This document shows positions 19,756 through 30,105 of a stretch of 64,000 nucleotides of DNA, one piece after another. The DNA comes from an uncultured Clostridium sp. (GTDB lineage: Bacteria; Cyanobacteriota; Vampirovibrionia; Gastranaerophilales; Gastranaerophilaceae), in NCBI GenBank assembly GCA_905212085.1, contig CAJMDF010000001.1, positions 16,912-80,911 of the forward strand, written 5' to 3'. The notes beneath the pieces were generated by a model, which made no database searches, was not told where the DNA came from, and saw nothing but the letters and a program-made list of their open reading frames with translations. The number at the start of each line of letters is the position of its first letter. The first letter of the stretch is position 1. Both the position numbers and the translations under genes were made by a program.

Positions 19756-20103
19756 ATGGCAAAAAATATTGATACAGTACCTATAGAAGTAAGTATATTA
19801 ACAGCAGATCATGATATTAAAGGGGTTGTGCATGTTTCTAAATATACTAATACAAATAGAGAACTTACAGATTTATTAAATGATAAAGAACGTAGATTTT
19901 TAGCAGTTACAAATGCTGAAATATATCCGAGAAATTCAAATCAATCTCCAAGAAAATACAATTTCTTAGAAATTCACATGGATTACGTTCTTATGGTACA
20001 TCCTTCAACTCAAGCAGTTTTCCAAGAATCAGGAAGAACTCAAGAAGATATTTCAAGATTCAGAGATTTAAGACTAAAACTAAATCAAACAAAACCGTTT
20101 TAA
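19756..20103 (+). CDS. Hypothetical protein (115 aa)
   Basis: ORF with an upstream AAAGGA RBS. Followed by a strong terminator. Confidence 0.4.
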   Translation: MAKNIDTVPIEVSILTADHDIKGVVHVSKYTNTNRELTDLLNDKERRFLAVTNAEIYPRNSNQSPRKYNFLEIHMDYVLMVHPSTQAVFQESGRTQEDISRFRDLRLKLNQTKPF

Positions 20104-20119
20104 ATAATCAAAAAACAAT

Positions 20120-20146
20120 AAAAGCGGAGTTTAAACTCCGCTTTTA
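20120..20146. terminator. Bidirectional intrinsic terminator (gcggagttt/aaactccgc)
   Basis: A-run, perfect 9-bp palindrome, then a T-run. Lies between convergent genes. Confidence 0.7.
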
Positions 20147-20154
20147 TTATTTAT

Positions 20155-21048
20155 TTATTTATTTGTTTGTTTATTTTTAATGTCATTTAATAGGTTTGTG
20201 TTTTTATTTTCTTGTGTATTACCAGAGAATTGAGTTTTTTTATCTTTTTCATCAACTATAGCTGCTGGTCTTTCTGTATTATATGTATTTTTTGTATCTT
20301 TATGAGTTTCTAATGGTTTGTCATTTCTAGACATCCAAGCTTTTGTTTTGTCAGCTAAAGGTGTCGCAATAAACGGAACTATTATACGTTTTGCAATTAA
20401 TGTAGCTGCAGCTAATGATATTAAATAACTAAATGCATTTTTAAGACCTTTTTTATCAGATTCTCTTGCAGTATGGAAGTCTTTTCCTGTCATTCCTTTT
20501 AGTTTATCTATTGAACTAAGTTTAGCTTGTAATGCTTTGTCTGCAGATCTTGTGAAGTATTTTCCAAATAATTTATTAAATATTTTGTTTTGAACTTTTT
20601 TATTTGAAATAGTGAAGAACATTAATAATTGCATACCAATCATTAAGCCTCCGTTTGCCAAGTCTAATGCTGCAACAAATTTTCTTTTATCTTCTGGTAT
20701 TTTTTTGTTGTTTAAACTTTGTTTTACATATAAATAACATCCTAAACCATCTTTTAGAACAATAGATGTTACACCTATTGCTGACATAAATTTAGCGTTA
20801 TCTATTTCATAGTTAGGAAATACTTTATTTTTTATAAATTTTGTTTCGGATAACCATTTTATAGTTTTTTCAGCCCAATTCTTTTTATAACCAACTACTC
20901 CTAAGGCTCCTATTCCGGTTGCAATCGCAACGTTTTTAGCAATTTTAGCTGTTTTGTTAGAATTATTGTTATTATTTTTTTCTTTTGCTTCAAAAGTAAT
21001 ATTAGGCTTGTTATTTTGTTTAATTTGATTAACTGCAAGAATAGTCAT
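20155..21048 (-). CDS. Hypothetical K/N-rich protein with three hydrophobic segments
   Basis: 297 aa. No recognisable domain. 1-nt overlap with the upstream ORF. Confidence 0.4.
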   Translation of the reverse strand: MTILAVNQIKQNNKPNITFEAKEKNNNNNSNKTAKIAKNVAIATGIGALGVVGYKKNWAEKTIKWLSETKFIKNKVFPNYEIDNAKFMSAIGVTSIVLKDGLGCYLYVKQSLNNKKIPEDKRKFVAALDLANGGLMIGMQLLMFFTISNKKVQNKIFNKLFGKYFTRSADKALQAKLSSIDKLKGMTGKDFHTARESDKKGLKNAFSYLISLAAATLIAKRIIVPFIATPLADKTKAWMSRNDKPLETHKDTKNTYNTERPAAIVDEKDKKTQFSGNTQENKNTNLLNDIKNKQTNK

Positions 21049-22466
21049 TATTTCACCTCGCTATTCTTGGTTGCTTTGTCAACCAGTTCTTTTGATTCGT
21101 TATTATGTTTTTTACTTGATAGTTTTGGAAATGCTATATCCATAAATTTTGGATATATACGGTTCAATAAATCGCAACTTATAGGTAGTATTATCAATGC
21201 CCCTGCTAATGTTGCAATTCTTTTTACACCTTCTATGTGTTTTTTAGTTAATTCTTTTAATTTATTTGCAACTTCTTTGGCAAATATTTTGTCTGATAAG
21301 CGGAATTCTTTATTTGCGGCTTTCGAATCTTTTATTTTTTGTTTGAACATTTCTTCGATTTCGCTTACAGTTTTATTTTCGGATATTGCTTGTTTTACTT
21401 TATTTAAGAAATCAATAGAATCAGTATGTTCTTTAATTCTGTCTGATATACTTGCTTTTACAGATTCAACTACTTGATCTCTAGAGGTAAAGCCTTTATA
21501 TTTTTCAACGTGACCTTGCATTCTTTTAACTTTTTCAAGCATTTTAGCTTTTCCTGCAGAACCAAGTGTTCTAGTTTCATTAATTATATCAAGAAGTTGT
21601 TTGTCAGCTTTGTTATGTTTTAATTCTTTATGTTTTTGTTTTAAGAATTTTGTAATTTCTTTAACATCATCTGTACTATTGATTTTATTTTCTATTTCAT
21701 TTAGTAAATTTTTAGAAATGTCATAATTATTTCTATAAAATTCACTTCTTTCAATACGTTTTGTTAATTTAACTTCATTACATACTTGGAGTCGTTTATT
21801 TTCTTCTTCAAGCATTGATTCTACTGTTTTATTAAGAATTTCTGTATATTTTTCTTTTGTTATTGGGACTGGAGTTGTTTGTCCTTTAACTGTATAGTAT
21901 ACTGTATTTTCTTTTCTTAAAGTATTAATTAAATTTTCATCTTGTTTAGCTACATATTTGTCAGCAAGAGCTTCTCTTTGTTTTTTATTTAGACCAGGAT
22001 GTAATTTTTTCATTAAATTCATTGCATAATCTTTATCTTTAAAAGGTGTTTTGTTGCAATCTATGTTCATAGCACCTTCATTTGCCATTGAATTAATTTT
22101 GTTAACGATTGGAATTGTAAATAATCCTTGTGTTGCAACTGCTAACACTGCTGATATTGGTTGACGCCATGCTGAATAAGTTCTAGTATCTTCATCTGTT
22201 TTGGATAAAGGATTGTATTTGATAAAAATAGGAGCTAACAAGCCTGTTCCTAAGGCATTAATACATATATCCTGAAACTCTCCAATATTATTTTTTAATT
22301 TATTTATTCCTCTTAGTATTGACGGATTTAAAGAATTGATTTCTTTTTCAATTGTTGCTTGAGGTATATTACTTGTAAAACCTATTTGATTATGTGTTGT
22401 ATTATTTGGCTTTTTGTAATAATACCCGTTGTTTTTAATATTCTGATTAATCTTGTCTATGTTCAT
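21048..22466 (-). CDS. Hypothetical K/N-rich protein with hydrophobic segments and a long charged coiled-coil-like middle
   Basis: 472 aa. Same architecture as the downstream partner. Confidence 0.4.
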   Translation of the reverse strand: MNIDKINQNIKNNGYYYKKPNNTTHNQIGFTSNIPQATIEKEINSLNPSILRGINKLKNNIGEFQDICINALGTGLLAPIFIKYNPLSKTDEDTRTYSAWRQPISAVLAVATQGLFTIPIVNKINSMANEGAMNIDCNKTPFKDKDYAMNLMKKLHPGLNKKQREALADKYVAKQDENLINTLRKENTVYYTVKGQTTPVPITKEKYTEILNKTVESMLEEENKRLQVCNEVKLTKRIERSEFYRNNYDISKNLLNEIENKINSTDDVKEITKFLKQKHKELKHNKADKQLLDIINETRTLGSAGKAKMLEKVKRMQGHVEKYKGFTSRDQVVESVKASISDRIKEHTDSIDFLNKVKQAISENKTVSEIEEMFKQKIKDSKAANKEFRLSDKIFAKEVANKLKELTKKHIEGVKRIATLAGALIILPISCDLLNRIYPKFMDIAFPKLSSKKHNNESKELVDKATKNSEVK

Positions 22467-22530
22467 GATTATTTTCCCTACAACGATGAAACCTTCTATA
22501 TATATAGAGGTTCAAACATAATAAAAATTG

Positions 22531-24177
22531 CTAATTTGGTGTTAAATTATTAAGTTTTGTAAACTTAATAAGTGTCCAATTCCCTTTCTGCTCAAACTTA
22601 ACTATAGCAAGGTTATTCATCATTTCATAAAAAGTTTTATTTTTTATATATGAAAAAATTAGGAATAATAAAGGTTCTTTATTATATAAAACCTCATTAT
22701 TTGCAATTAGTGTTAAATTATCCGGAGAATAAAATGCTACACTGTTTAATACTACCATTACTATACTTTGACCCGGTTTTAATTCCGAGAAAATTTTTGA
22801 ATTTAGCATGCTCTCAAAATAATTATTTTGATTAGATAAGAACATGTTTTTGTATATAGATTTTCCATTTTTATATGCCATTTCATATGATATTGATTTT
22901 GACAAATATTGAGGGAAATTCCCTTTTTGGATTTCAACTACTCGATAATTTGAAAAATCAAAGTATTTTTCAAATCTATTTTTTGGATAATATTCTAAAA
23001 GAATCATGTCGTCTTTTTTTAAATTCATTCTGGTAAGGATATCTGTCATTATTTTGTGACCTTCAGCTCTTCGCATTTTAGGTGCTGAATATGGATGTAC
23101 GATGATATATCCTAGTGAAATAAGTGAATAAATTATAATTAATGTATTTTTTAGAATTTTATTATTAATTGAACAAATTCCAAAGCTTGCAAGATATATT
23201 AGTATTGGATAAACTTCAATTGAATATTTTGTAATGAAAACTAATTTCCCAGAGATTGAGGCTAATATTAATATTGAAATAGTTGCAATAAACAATGAAA
23301 ATATTTGAATATTTATTTTATTTCTAAATAAGGATTTGATAATTCCGATAATTGCAATTATTGCAGGTATTATCATAAATAATGCAAGTTTTGGCGCATA
23401 TAAAAATTTATCCGGAGCATTTGTCAGATTTGTAAGTACTGGTGAAAAATAGTCTGTAAATAAAAATCCTATTTTAGAGATAGAAAAATGTCCCCACCAT
23501 TGTGAAAAAGATTTGGTTGTCAATATTTTAAATATTAATGGAGTTAATAAAATACCGCCTGTAAATATTGAAATCCAGACGGTAGTTATTACTTTTTTAA
23601 ATTGCTTAAATAAATTAATACTTAGCACAATTAAATTAAAGAATACAAATACAAATCCGATTGTATGTGTAAATAATATTAAAAAATTCGAAACCGCATA
23701 TAAAATAAAGTTTTTTTTATCAGGATTTTTTATGCATTTAATTGTGTATAAAAGGCTAAATGCTGAAAAAAGAAATAATATTGAGTATAGTCTTACTTCT
23801 TGAGAATAATATATTAAAAAGGAGCTAATTGCAGTAATTGCAGAGCATAAAAGCCCTGTATTTTCATCTTTTTCTTTTCCAACAAGATACATTACCGGGA
23901 TTGATAAAACCCCTGCAAATACAGAAGTTAATCTAAGTAAAATATCACTTTGCCCAAATAGTGTCATACAAAATTTTAAATATAAATAATAAAAAGGCAT
24001 GTGACATTGTGATTTTATTGCATTAATAAATCCATCAGAAAATGGGGTAGCTGCAATCATCCAACTAACATATTCATCATTCCATAACCCATCAGGCTTG
24101 TTTATAAATATTAGTCTTAAAGCTATCCCTAAAAGAATTATTAAAGATATTTTCCAAAAATTTTTCACGTTTGTCAA
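22531..24177 (-). CDS. GT-C glycosyltransferase, ArnT/PMT (family 39/83-like), polytopic
   Basis: 548 aa, more than 10 TM helices. DGLWNDEY N-terminal loop motif as in ArnT/PMT_2. Confidence 0.7.
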   Translation of the reverse strand: MTNVKNFWKISLIILLGIALRLIFINKPDGLWNDEYVSWMIAATPFSDGFINAIKSQCHMPFYYLYLKFCMTLFGQSDILLRLTSVFAGVLSIPVMYLVGKEKDENTGLLCSAITAISSFLIYYSQEVRLYSILFLFSAFSLLYTIKCIKNPDKKNFILYAVSNFLILFTHTIGFVFVFFNLIVLSINLFKQFKKVITTVWISIFTGGILLTPLIFKILTTKSFSQWWGHFSISKIGFLFTDYFSPVLTNLTNAPDKFLYAPKLALFMIIPAIIAIIGIIKSLFRNKINIQIFSLFIATISILILASISGKLVFITKYSIEVYPILIYLASFGICSINNKILKNTLIIIYSLISLGYIIVHPYSAPKMRRAEGHKIMTDILTRMNLKKDDMILLEYYPKNRFEKYFDFSNYRVVEIQKGNFPQYLSKSISYEMAYKNGKSIYKNMFLSNQNNYFESMLNSKIFSELKPGQSIVMVVLNSVAFYSPDNLTLIANNEVLYNKEPLLFLIFSYIKNKTFYEMMNNLAIVKFEQKGNWTLIKFTKLNNLTPN

Positions 24178-24227
24178 AATCCCTCTTTAATTATATAATA
24201 AAAAGAAAATTTTAAAAGAGGATAGTT

Positions 24228-25172
24228 ATGAAGTTAATAATACAAATACCTTGTTACAATGAAGAAAAAGCTTTACCGGTAACATTAGAGGCTTTGCCTA
24301 AACAAATAGAAGGAATTGATGAAATAGAAGTTTTGATAATTAATGATGGATCTACTGATAAGACTGTAGATGTTGCAAAAAGCCTTGGAGTAAAGCATTT
24401 TGTAGATATGCCTCATAATTGCGGCTTAGCAAAGGCTTTTGTTGCCGGTATTAATACTTCTTTATCTTTAGGTGCAGATATTATTGTTAATACAGATGCA
24501 GATAATCAATATTGTGCAGATGATATAGAAAAAATAATTAAACCTATATTAGATGGCTCTGCAGATATTGTAATAGGTTCAAGACCTGTATCTAAAATTC
24601 AGCATTTTTCTTTAATGAAAAAATTCCTTCAAAAATTGGGATCTTTTGTAATGCGTTTAATTAGTTCTACAGACGTGGAGGATGCTCCAAGCGGTTTTAG
24701 AGCATTTTCTCGAAATGCAGCAATTCAGTTAAATATTTTTGATAATTATACATATACACTGGAAACAATTATTCAGGCAAAAGCTAAGGGTCTAGTGCTA
24801 GAATGTGTTCCGATAAGTGTGAATCCTGATTTAAGAAAATCTAAATTGGTAAAAAATATTTTTGATTATGTAAGACGATCAATGTTTACGATGATTAGAA
24901 TGTTTATAATATATAGACCGTTCAGATTTTTTGCAATTTTATCAGGATTATTTCTATTTTTCGGAATTTTAATTGGGATTAGATTTTTATATTATTTTAT
25001 AAATGGAAGTGGCACAGGACATATACAATCCCTTATTTTATCTGCAATTCTAATTATTACTGGGGTGCAGGTTGCTGTAATTGCAGTTTTGTCAGAATTA
25101 ATGTCTATAAATCGAAAATTGCTTGAAGATATTCAAAGACGCTTGAAATTGCAAGACTTGAAAAAATTTTAG
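24228..25172 (+). CDS. GT2 polyprenyl-phosphate glycosyltransferase (ArnC/GtrB/DPM1-like)
   Basis: IPCYNEE, DDGSTD and TDAD motifs, plus two C-terminal TM helices. Confidence 0.8.
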   Translation: MKLIIQIPCYNEEKALPVTLEALPKQIEGIDEIEVLIINDGSTDKTVDVAKSLGVKHFVDMPHNCGLAKAFVAGINTSLSLGADIIVNTDADNQYCADDIEKIIKPILDGSADIVIGSRPVSKIQHFSLMKKFLQKLGSFVMRLISSTDVEDAPSGFRAFSRNAAIQLNIFDNYTYTLETIIQAKAKGLVLECVPISVNPDLRKSKLVKNIFDYVRRSMFTMIRMFIIYRPFRFFAILSGLFLFFGILIGIRFLYYFINGSGTGHIQSLILSAILIITGVQVAVIAVLSELMSINRKLLEDIQRRLKLQDLKKF

Positions 25173-25216
25173 GAAGTAATAATATATTAAAAGATTGAAA
25201 AAATAGGAAATTTTAT

Positions 25217-27424
25217 ATGGCAAAAGTTGAATTTATTTCTAATTTGAAGAATTTTTTTACCTCTGCACAAACTTTAAAATATTTATATTTTATAGGCTTT
25301 ACAGTATTAATGACAGCAGTGATTGCGTCTCAAAATTTCTTTTTCCAAAATATTATAGAAAATGGAATAAGTAAACGTGATATTATTGCACAAAAGACAT
25401 TGACTGTAGAGGATGTAAAAAGAACTGAGCAGCATAGAAAAGAGGTTGCACAGAAAGTAGAGCCTGTTATGGCTCCTGCAGAGGATGATTTTATAAAAAC
25501 AAATCTTCAAACATTGCAGTCTTCTGTAATGCAGATTCGGAAAAAGAATGTAGAATTATCTATAAAAAAAGAGGAATTAGGTATTCTTTTTGATTTGTCA
25601 GATAATTCAAAAAGGGATTTTATAATAAACTTTTTGTTAAAAGCAGATGATAATATATTGCATGAAGTCTTTGATAAATCTAATCTTACTCTTACTAATA
25701 TTTTACATGAAGGTATTACTGAAAAAGATTATGAAAAAGATAATATAGATCAGATAATTTTAAATAATATGGTATCTAATGTCTCCAAACGACAGGTTTC
25801 AGTAATAAAGGCTATGTTAGAACAGGTAATTGTACCTAATCTTGTTGTGGACGAGTTTGCAACGGAAATAGCCAGAAAAAATGCTCAAAATTCTGTAAAA
25901 CCATATGAAGTTGTTTTTCAAAAAGGTGATAAAATATTATTTGAAGGAGAACCTGTCACAAGATTAAAAAGGGATGCTCTAAGACAAGCAGGTTATAATG
26001 TATACCAGTTAAATTGGCAGGGGCTTGCAGCTATTTATATAATAGTTTTTATCGGAACGTCTTTATTTTTAAGTTATATGAAATTTTTTGAGAAAGATTT
26101 TATTCAGCCAAGATATTTATCAATATCAGCTTTCTTATCATTATTAATTGCAATTATAGCTGTTTTGATTCCTACAGGTTTTTCTCCGTATGTAATTCCT
26201 ATACCGGCTTTTTTAATTTTAATGTCAATATTTACAAAACCTAGAATAGCATTTGTTGCTGCTGTAATTTTATTATCGGTAATGTCTATAGGTTATCAAT
26301 ATAATATTCAGTATTTGGTAGCATTTTTGCTGTTAAGTATTTTATCTGCAGTAGCTGTATCGCAAATCCGTTATGCAGAACGTGTTGATGTAATTAAAAC
26401 AGGCTTTTATATTGGCCTTTCGGGGTTAATAATTGTTTTGAGTATATATATTTTAGAAAAATGTCTAATAGAAGTTGATAATGTATTATTATTAAAAAAT
26501 TGTATTTATATTTTATTAAATGGTATTTTCAGTGCAATAATTGCATCTGGTTTAATGCCTTTATTTGAAAGTGCTTTTAAAATAATTACTCCCTATGGTT
26601 TAGCAGAATTGGGAGATCATAATCAAAAACTTTTAAAAAGATTACAAATGGATGCTCCTGGAACTTATCATCATAGTCTAATGGTATCTAATTTATGTGA
26701 AGCTGCTGCTGAGGCAATAGGAGCTGATCCTATTTTAGCGAGAGTTGGTGCTTTGTATCATGATATTGGTAAATTAAAGCGACCATTATTTTTTGTGGAA
26801 AATCAATCTTATTTCTTAATTGAAAATCCACACAATAAATTTACACCAAGAATTAGTAAGATGATAATTACAGCCCATCCAAAAGATGGTCTTGAGATTG
26901 CCAAATCGAAAGAATACCATTTACCTCAAGTTATTCAAAACTTTATTATTCAACACCATGGTGAAGGTTTAGCCAGTTATTTTTATAATCAAGCTGTGAA
27001 AGAAGAAGGTGCTGAAAACGTAAAAGAAGAACAATTTAGATATCCAGGTCCTAAACCAAATACAAAAGAAACTGCTATTTTGATGATTGCGGATGCTGTT
27101 GAATCTGCTGTTCGTTCACTAAAAAGCCCTACTCCAGAAGAAATTGAAGGCATGATTAATAAAATAATAGTAGAAAGATTAAATGATGGGCAACTATCCG
27201 ACAGTCCTTTAACTTTAAAAGATATAAAAACTATTGCGTCAACATTCTCAAGAATTTTGAGAGGAATGCAGCATAATAGAATAAAATATCAAGAAAATTT
27301 AGCAGAAGAGTTACAAAAACAAAAAATCAATATGCCGGCTAAATTGCTAGATGAAGATTTAGAAAATAAGATAAAACAATTAGAAGGAGATCAAAAATCT
27401 CATAACGAGGAAAAAAATGACTAA
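25217..27424 (+). CDS. 7TM receptor with intracellular HD hydrolase (PgpH-like, putative c-di-AMP phosphodiesterase)
   Basis: Extracellular N-terminal domain, 7 TM helices, HD motif (HSLMVS...YHDIGK). Conserved position upstream of ybeY-dgkA. Confidence 0.8.
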   Translation: MAKVEFISNLKNFFTSAQTLKYLYFIGFTVLMTAVIASQNFFFQNIIENGISKRDIIAQKTLTVEDVKRTEQHRKEVAQKVEPVMAPAEDDFIKTNLQTLQSSVMQIRKKNVELSIKKEELGILFDLSDNSKRDFIINFLLKADDNILHEVFDKSNLTLTNILHEGITEKDYEKDNIDQIILNNMVSNVSKRQVSVIKAMLEQVIVPNLVVDEFATEIARKNAQNSVKPYEVVFQKGDKILFEGEPVTRLKRDALRQAGYNVYQLNWQGLAAIYIIVFIGTSLFLSYMKFFEKDFIQPRYLSISAFLSLLIAIIAVLIPTGFSPYVIPIPAFLILMSIFTKPRIAFVAAVILLSVMSIGYQYNIQYLVAFLLLSILSAVAVSQIRYAERVDVIKTGFYIGLSGLIIVLSIYILEKCLIEVDNVLLLKNCIYILLNGIFSAIIASGLMPLFESAFKIITPYGLAELGDHNQKLLKRLQMDAPGTYHHSLMVSNLCEAAAEAIGADPILARVGALYHDIGKLKRPLFFVENQSYFLIENPHNKFTPRISKMIITAHPKDGLEIAKSKEYHLPQVIQNFIIQHHGEGLASYFYNQAVKEEGAENVKEEQFRYPGPKPNTKETAILMIADAVESAVRSLKSPTPEEIEGMINKIIVERLNDGQLSDSPLTLKDIKTIASTFSRILRGMQHNRIKYQENLAEELQKQKINMPAKLLDEDLENKIKQLEGDQKSHNEEKND

Positions 27425-27914
27425 ATTTAATATTTTTAGCGAAAATATTTATGAAAATTGGCTTATTGATGAAAAATTTTTTATAAATATTGCAAAAAAG
27501 ATATTAAAATTTTATATTTCATTGCCTGATGTCTATGAAAAATCTTGTTTAAATTCTTTTGAATACAATACTATATCTTTTGATTTTTTGTATTGCGATA
27601 GTGTAAAAACTCATGAAATAAATAGGGAATATAGAAATAAAGATTATCCTGCTGATATAATTACATTTGCAATATTTGCAGACAGTGAAGATAAGTTTAT
27701 ATTTGATGGAGAGATTAATTTAGGTGAAGTTATGATTGCTCTGGATAAAGTTGAAGAGGAAGCTGTAAAAAAAGGTGTAACTAAAGAGTATGAATTATCG
27801 TTTTTAATCAGTCATGGAATTTTGCATTTACTTGGATTTGACCATCAAACAGAAGAAGATTATAATTTTATTATAAATTTACAAAATAAAGCATTGGAAA
27901 GTATAGGGGTATGA
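27417..27914 (+). CDS. ybeY: Endoribonuclease YbeY
   Basis: HGILHLLGFDH zinc motif. Confidence 0.85.
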   Translation: MTKFNIFSENIYENWLIDEKFFINIAKKILKFYISLPDVYEKSCLNSFEYNTISFDFLYCDSVKTHEINREYRNKDYPADIITFAIFADSEDKFIFDGEINLGEVMIALDKVEEEAVKKGVTKEYELSFLISHGILHLLGFDHQTEEDYNFIINLQNKALESIGV

Positions 27915-28285
27915 CAAAGTTTAAGCAGCAAGGGTTTTCAAATACTTTTAAAAACGCAAGAAAGGGAATGCGTCTTGTCCTAAAATCTGAAATAAATATA
28001 AGAGTTCATTTTTGTATAGCAATGATAGCTTTAGCATTAGCTTTTTTGTTAGATTTTAGTGTAGAAAGAATGTGTATATTGCTTTTGACTATAGGTTTTG
28101 TCATAGTGACAGAAATGGTAAATTCAGCAATAGAATATTCTCTTGATGCTGTATTTCATAATAGATATTCAAGATTAGTTGGTATGGCTAAAGATATTTC
28201 AGCAGGTGCTGTTATGTTTGCTTCTGTAATTGCAATAGTTATAGGAGTTTTATTATTCGGATCTGCTTTGATGGCTAAATTATAG
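27911..28285 (+). CDS. dgkA: Diacylglycerol kinase (DgkA family)
   Basis: 124 aa, 3 TM helices, EMVNSAIE motif. Confidence 0.8.
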   Translation: MTKFKQQGFSNTFKNARKGMRLVLKSEINIRVHFCIAMIALALAFLLDFSVERMCILLLTIGFVIVTEMVNSAIEYSLDAVFHNRYSRLVGMAKDISAGAVMFASVIAIVIGVLLFGSALMAKL

Positions 28286-28306
28286 TTTAATTCTTTTGTA
28301 TACAAC

Positions 28307-28333
28307 AAAGCCCTGAGGATATCAGGGCTTATT
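28307..28333. terminator. Probable terminator hairpin (aagccctga...cagggctt)
   Basis: 8-9 bp stem after the dgkA stop. Weak U-tract. Confidence 0.4.
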
Positions 28334-28362
28334 ATATAATTGGATAATTTCTGGCAAGAGTA

Positions 28363-28566
28363 TTAATTGTTGCTTAAAACTAATCTAAGAGTCGCAAGAT
28401 TTTTGATTGAAAGCATAGCATGTTTGTTATGTTGACTTTCAGCGATGTTAAAAATTCTAATAATTCTTTGAATTTCTTCTAAATCTTTTCTTGATTCAAT
28501 CTTATAAACATTTTTAATTGGGTCTGAAACTACAGACATCAATGTATTTAATTCCTGTTCTTTCAT
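28363..28566 (-). CDS. Small hypothetical protein (67 aa)
   Basis: ORF only. Confidence 0.2.
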   Translation of the reverse strand: MKEQELNTLMSVVSDPIKNVYKIESRKDLEEIQRIIRIFNIAESQHNKHAMLSIKNLATLRLVLSNN

Positions 28567-28658
28567 AAAATCTTATCCTCTTTCCTGTATATATATAAAG
28601 GATTTTTTTATTAAGGAATTGCTTTTTTAGGGTAACGATACTTAATATTTCTTAACAA

Positions 28659-29429
28659 TTAATATCCCAAATTCTCCTTAGCCCGCTTCCATAATATATC
28701 ATATTCCCTAAAATCATATTCTTCTAACGGTTTTTCCGCGAGTTCTTCCATTTTTCTGAATCTTTGCATAAATTTTTTATTAGCTTTTAATAGAGCTTGT
28801 TCTGCGTCAATTTTATTCCATCTTGCAAGGTTTACGACTGCAAATAAAATATCACCCATTTCTTCTTCCATATGTTCTTTATTATTTTCCTGCACAGCTT
28901 CTTTAAATTCGTCAAATTCAGAGGAAATGCAAGCATATAATGATTTTTCATTTGGCCATTCAAACCCTTGTTTAACAGCTCTTTTACTGATTTTTTGAGC
29001 ACTCATTAATGCTGATTGAGATTTTGAAATACCATCCATTGCAGATTTTCTATGTGGTTTTTCTTCTTTTTTTAATTTATCCCAATTATCAATTATATCT
29101 TGAGTCGAATTTACTTTCACATTGCCAAATACATGCGGATGACGATGTATTAGTTTTTCATTTAATCCTTTTGCGACATCGTCAAGGTTGAATTCACCTT
29201 CATCATCAGCTATTTGAGCATGCAATAAAACTTGGAGTAGTACATCGCCTAATTCTTCTTTAAGATGTTTTATATCTCCTGAATCCATAGCATCTACTGC
29301 CTCATATGCTTCTTCGAGCATGTTCGGTCTTAGGCTGTTGTGAGTTTGAGCTCTATCCCATTCGCATCCTTCCGGGGAGCGCAAAACCCTTACAGTTTCT
29401 ATCAATTTATCTAAATTTTCATATCCCAT
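28659..29429 (-). CDS. mazG: Nucleoside triphosphate pyrophosphohydrolase MazG (tandem MazG domains)
   Basis: EELGDVLLQVLLHAQIA and EEMGDILFAVVNLARW motifs. Confidence 0.85.
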   Translation of the reverse strand: MGYENLDKLIETVRVLRSPEGCEWDRAQTHNSLRPNMLEEAYEAVDAMDSGDIKHLKEELGDVLLQVLLHAQIADDEGEFNLDDVAKGLNEKLIHRHPHVFGNVKVNSTQDIIDNWDKLKKEEKPHRKSAMDGISKSQSALMSAQKISKRAVKQGFEWPNEKSLYACISSEFDEFKEAVQENNKEHMEEEMGDILFAVVNLARWNKIDAEQALLKANKKFMQRFRKMEELAEKPLEEYDFREYDILWKRAKENLGY

Positions 29430-29567
29430 TTTTTTCCCCTTTTAGAATTGATTTTACAACTAAAGTATAAGAAATTCAAATAAGAATACATCAAAAGGTT
29501 GAGCCATATTTTTTTTGATAATGATATTCTATAAAAGTCGATAAAGTTATACGAAAGGATATTAACA

Positions 29568-30086
29568 ATGGCAAATTTATCAATCCCATCTATTCGTGAA
29601 AGACTTTTTAATACAAGTAAGCACGAAACAAACACTCAAAGAAATTCAAATTCAACAAATCCTTTTGCAGCATCTTCTTTCAAAGGAAATGTATTAACTG
29701 CAGATGTGTTTGAATCTTCTAACAAAAAAAATGACAACAATATTAGCTTTACAGGAAAGTTAAAAGCTAGTGCGTTGGTAGGCTCAATTTCTGGTATCGG
29801 TGAAAGATTCCATAATATGATTGAATCTGCAAAAGCTTTTGGCAACAGAATGAAAGATAGCATCGTAAATGGCTGGAATAAGTTAAATGAAGTTGAAATT
29901 TCTTTCGCTCCTGCTAAGGAAAAGGCTATTTCTATGTTTAATTCTGTTAAGGAAACATTAGGAACCTCTGTTACTGATTTGATCTCGTCAGGAGTATCTG
30001 CTAAATCAGTTTCAAAAATGGAAGATATGACAGCAGCTAGACAATTAGCAACTGATAAAATTGCGCTATGGGAAGCTTCTGTATAA
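29568..30086 (+). CDS. Hypothetical protein (172 aa)
   Basis: RBS AAAGGA. Co-oriented with the next ORF. The overlapping minus-strand ORF is judged a shadow. Confidence 0.4.
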   Translation: MANLSIPSIRERLFNTSKHETNTQRNSNSTNPFAASSFKGNVLTADVFESSNKKNDNNISFTGKLKASALVGSISGIGERFHNMIESAKAFGNRMKDSIVNGWNKLNEVEISFAPAKEKAISMFNSVKETLGTSVTDLISSGVSAKSVSKMEDMTAARQLATDKIALWEASV

Positions 30087-30105
30087 GTAGGAGGAGAGAA
30101 AGTAA

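Noticed and set aside
22467-22530. Imperfect AT-rich palindrome (ccttctatatatatagagg) between the GT-C gene and the 472-aa gene
   Set aside because: Imperfect, no flanking T-run, and in an AT-rich spacer. Insufficient to call a terminator or operator.
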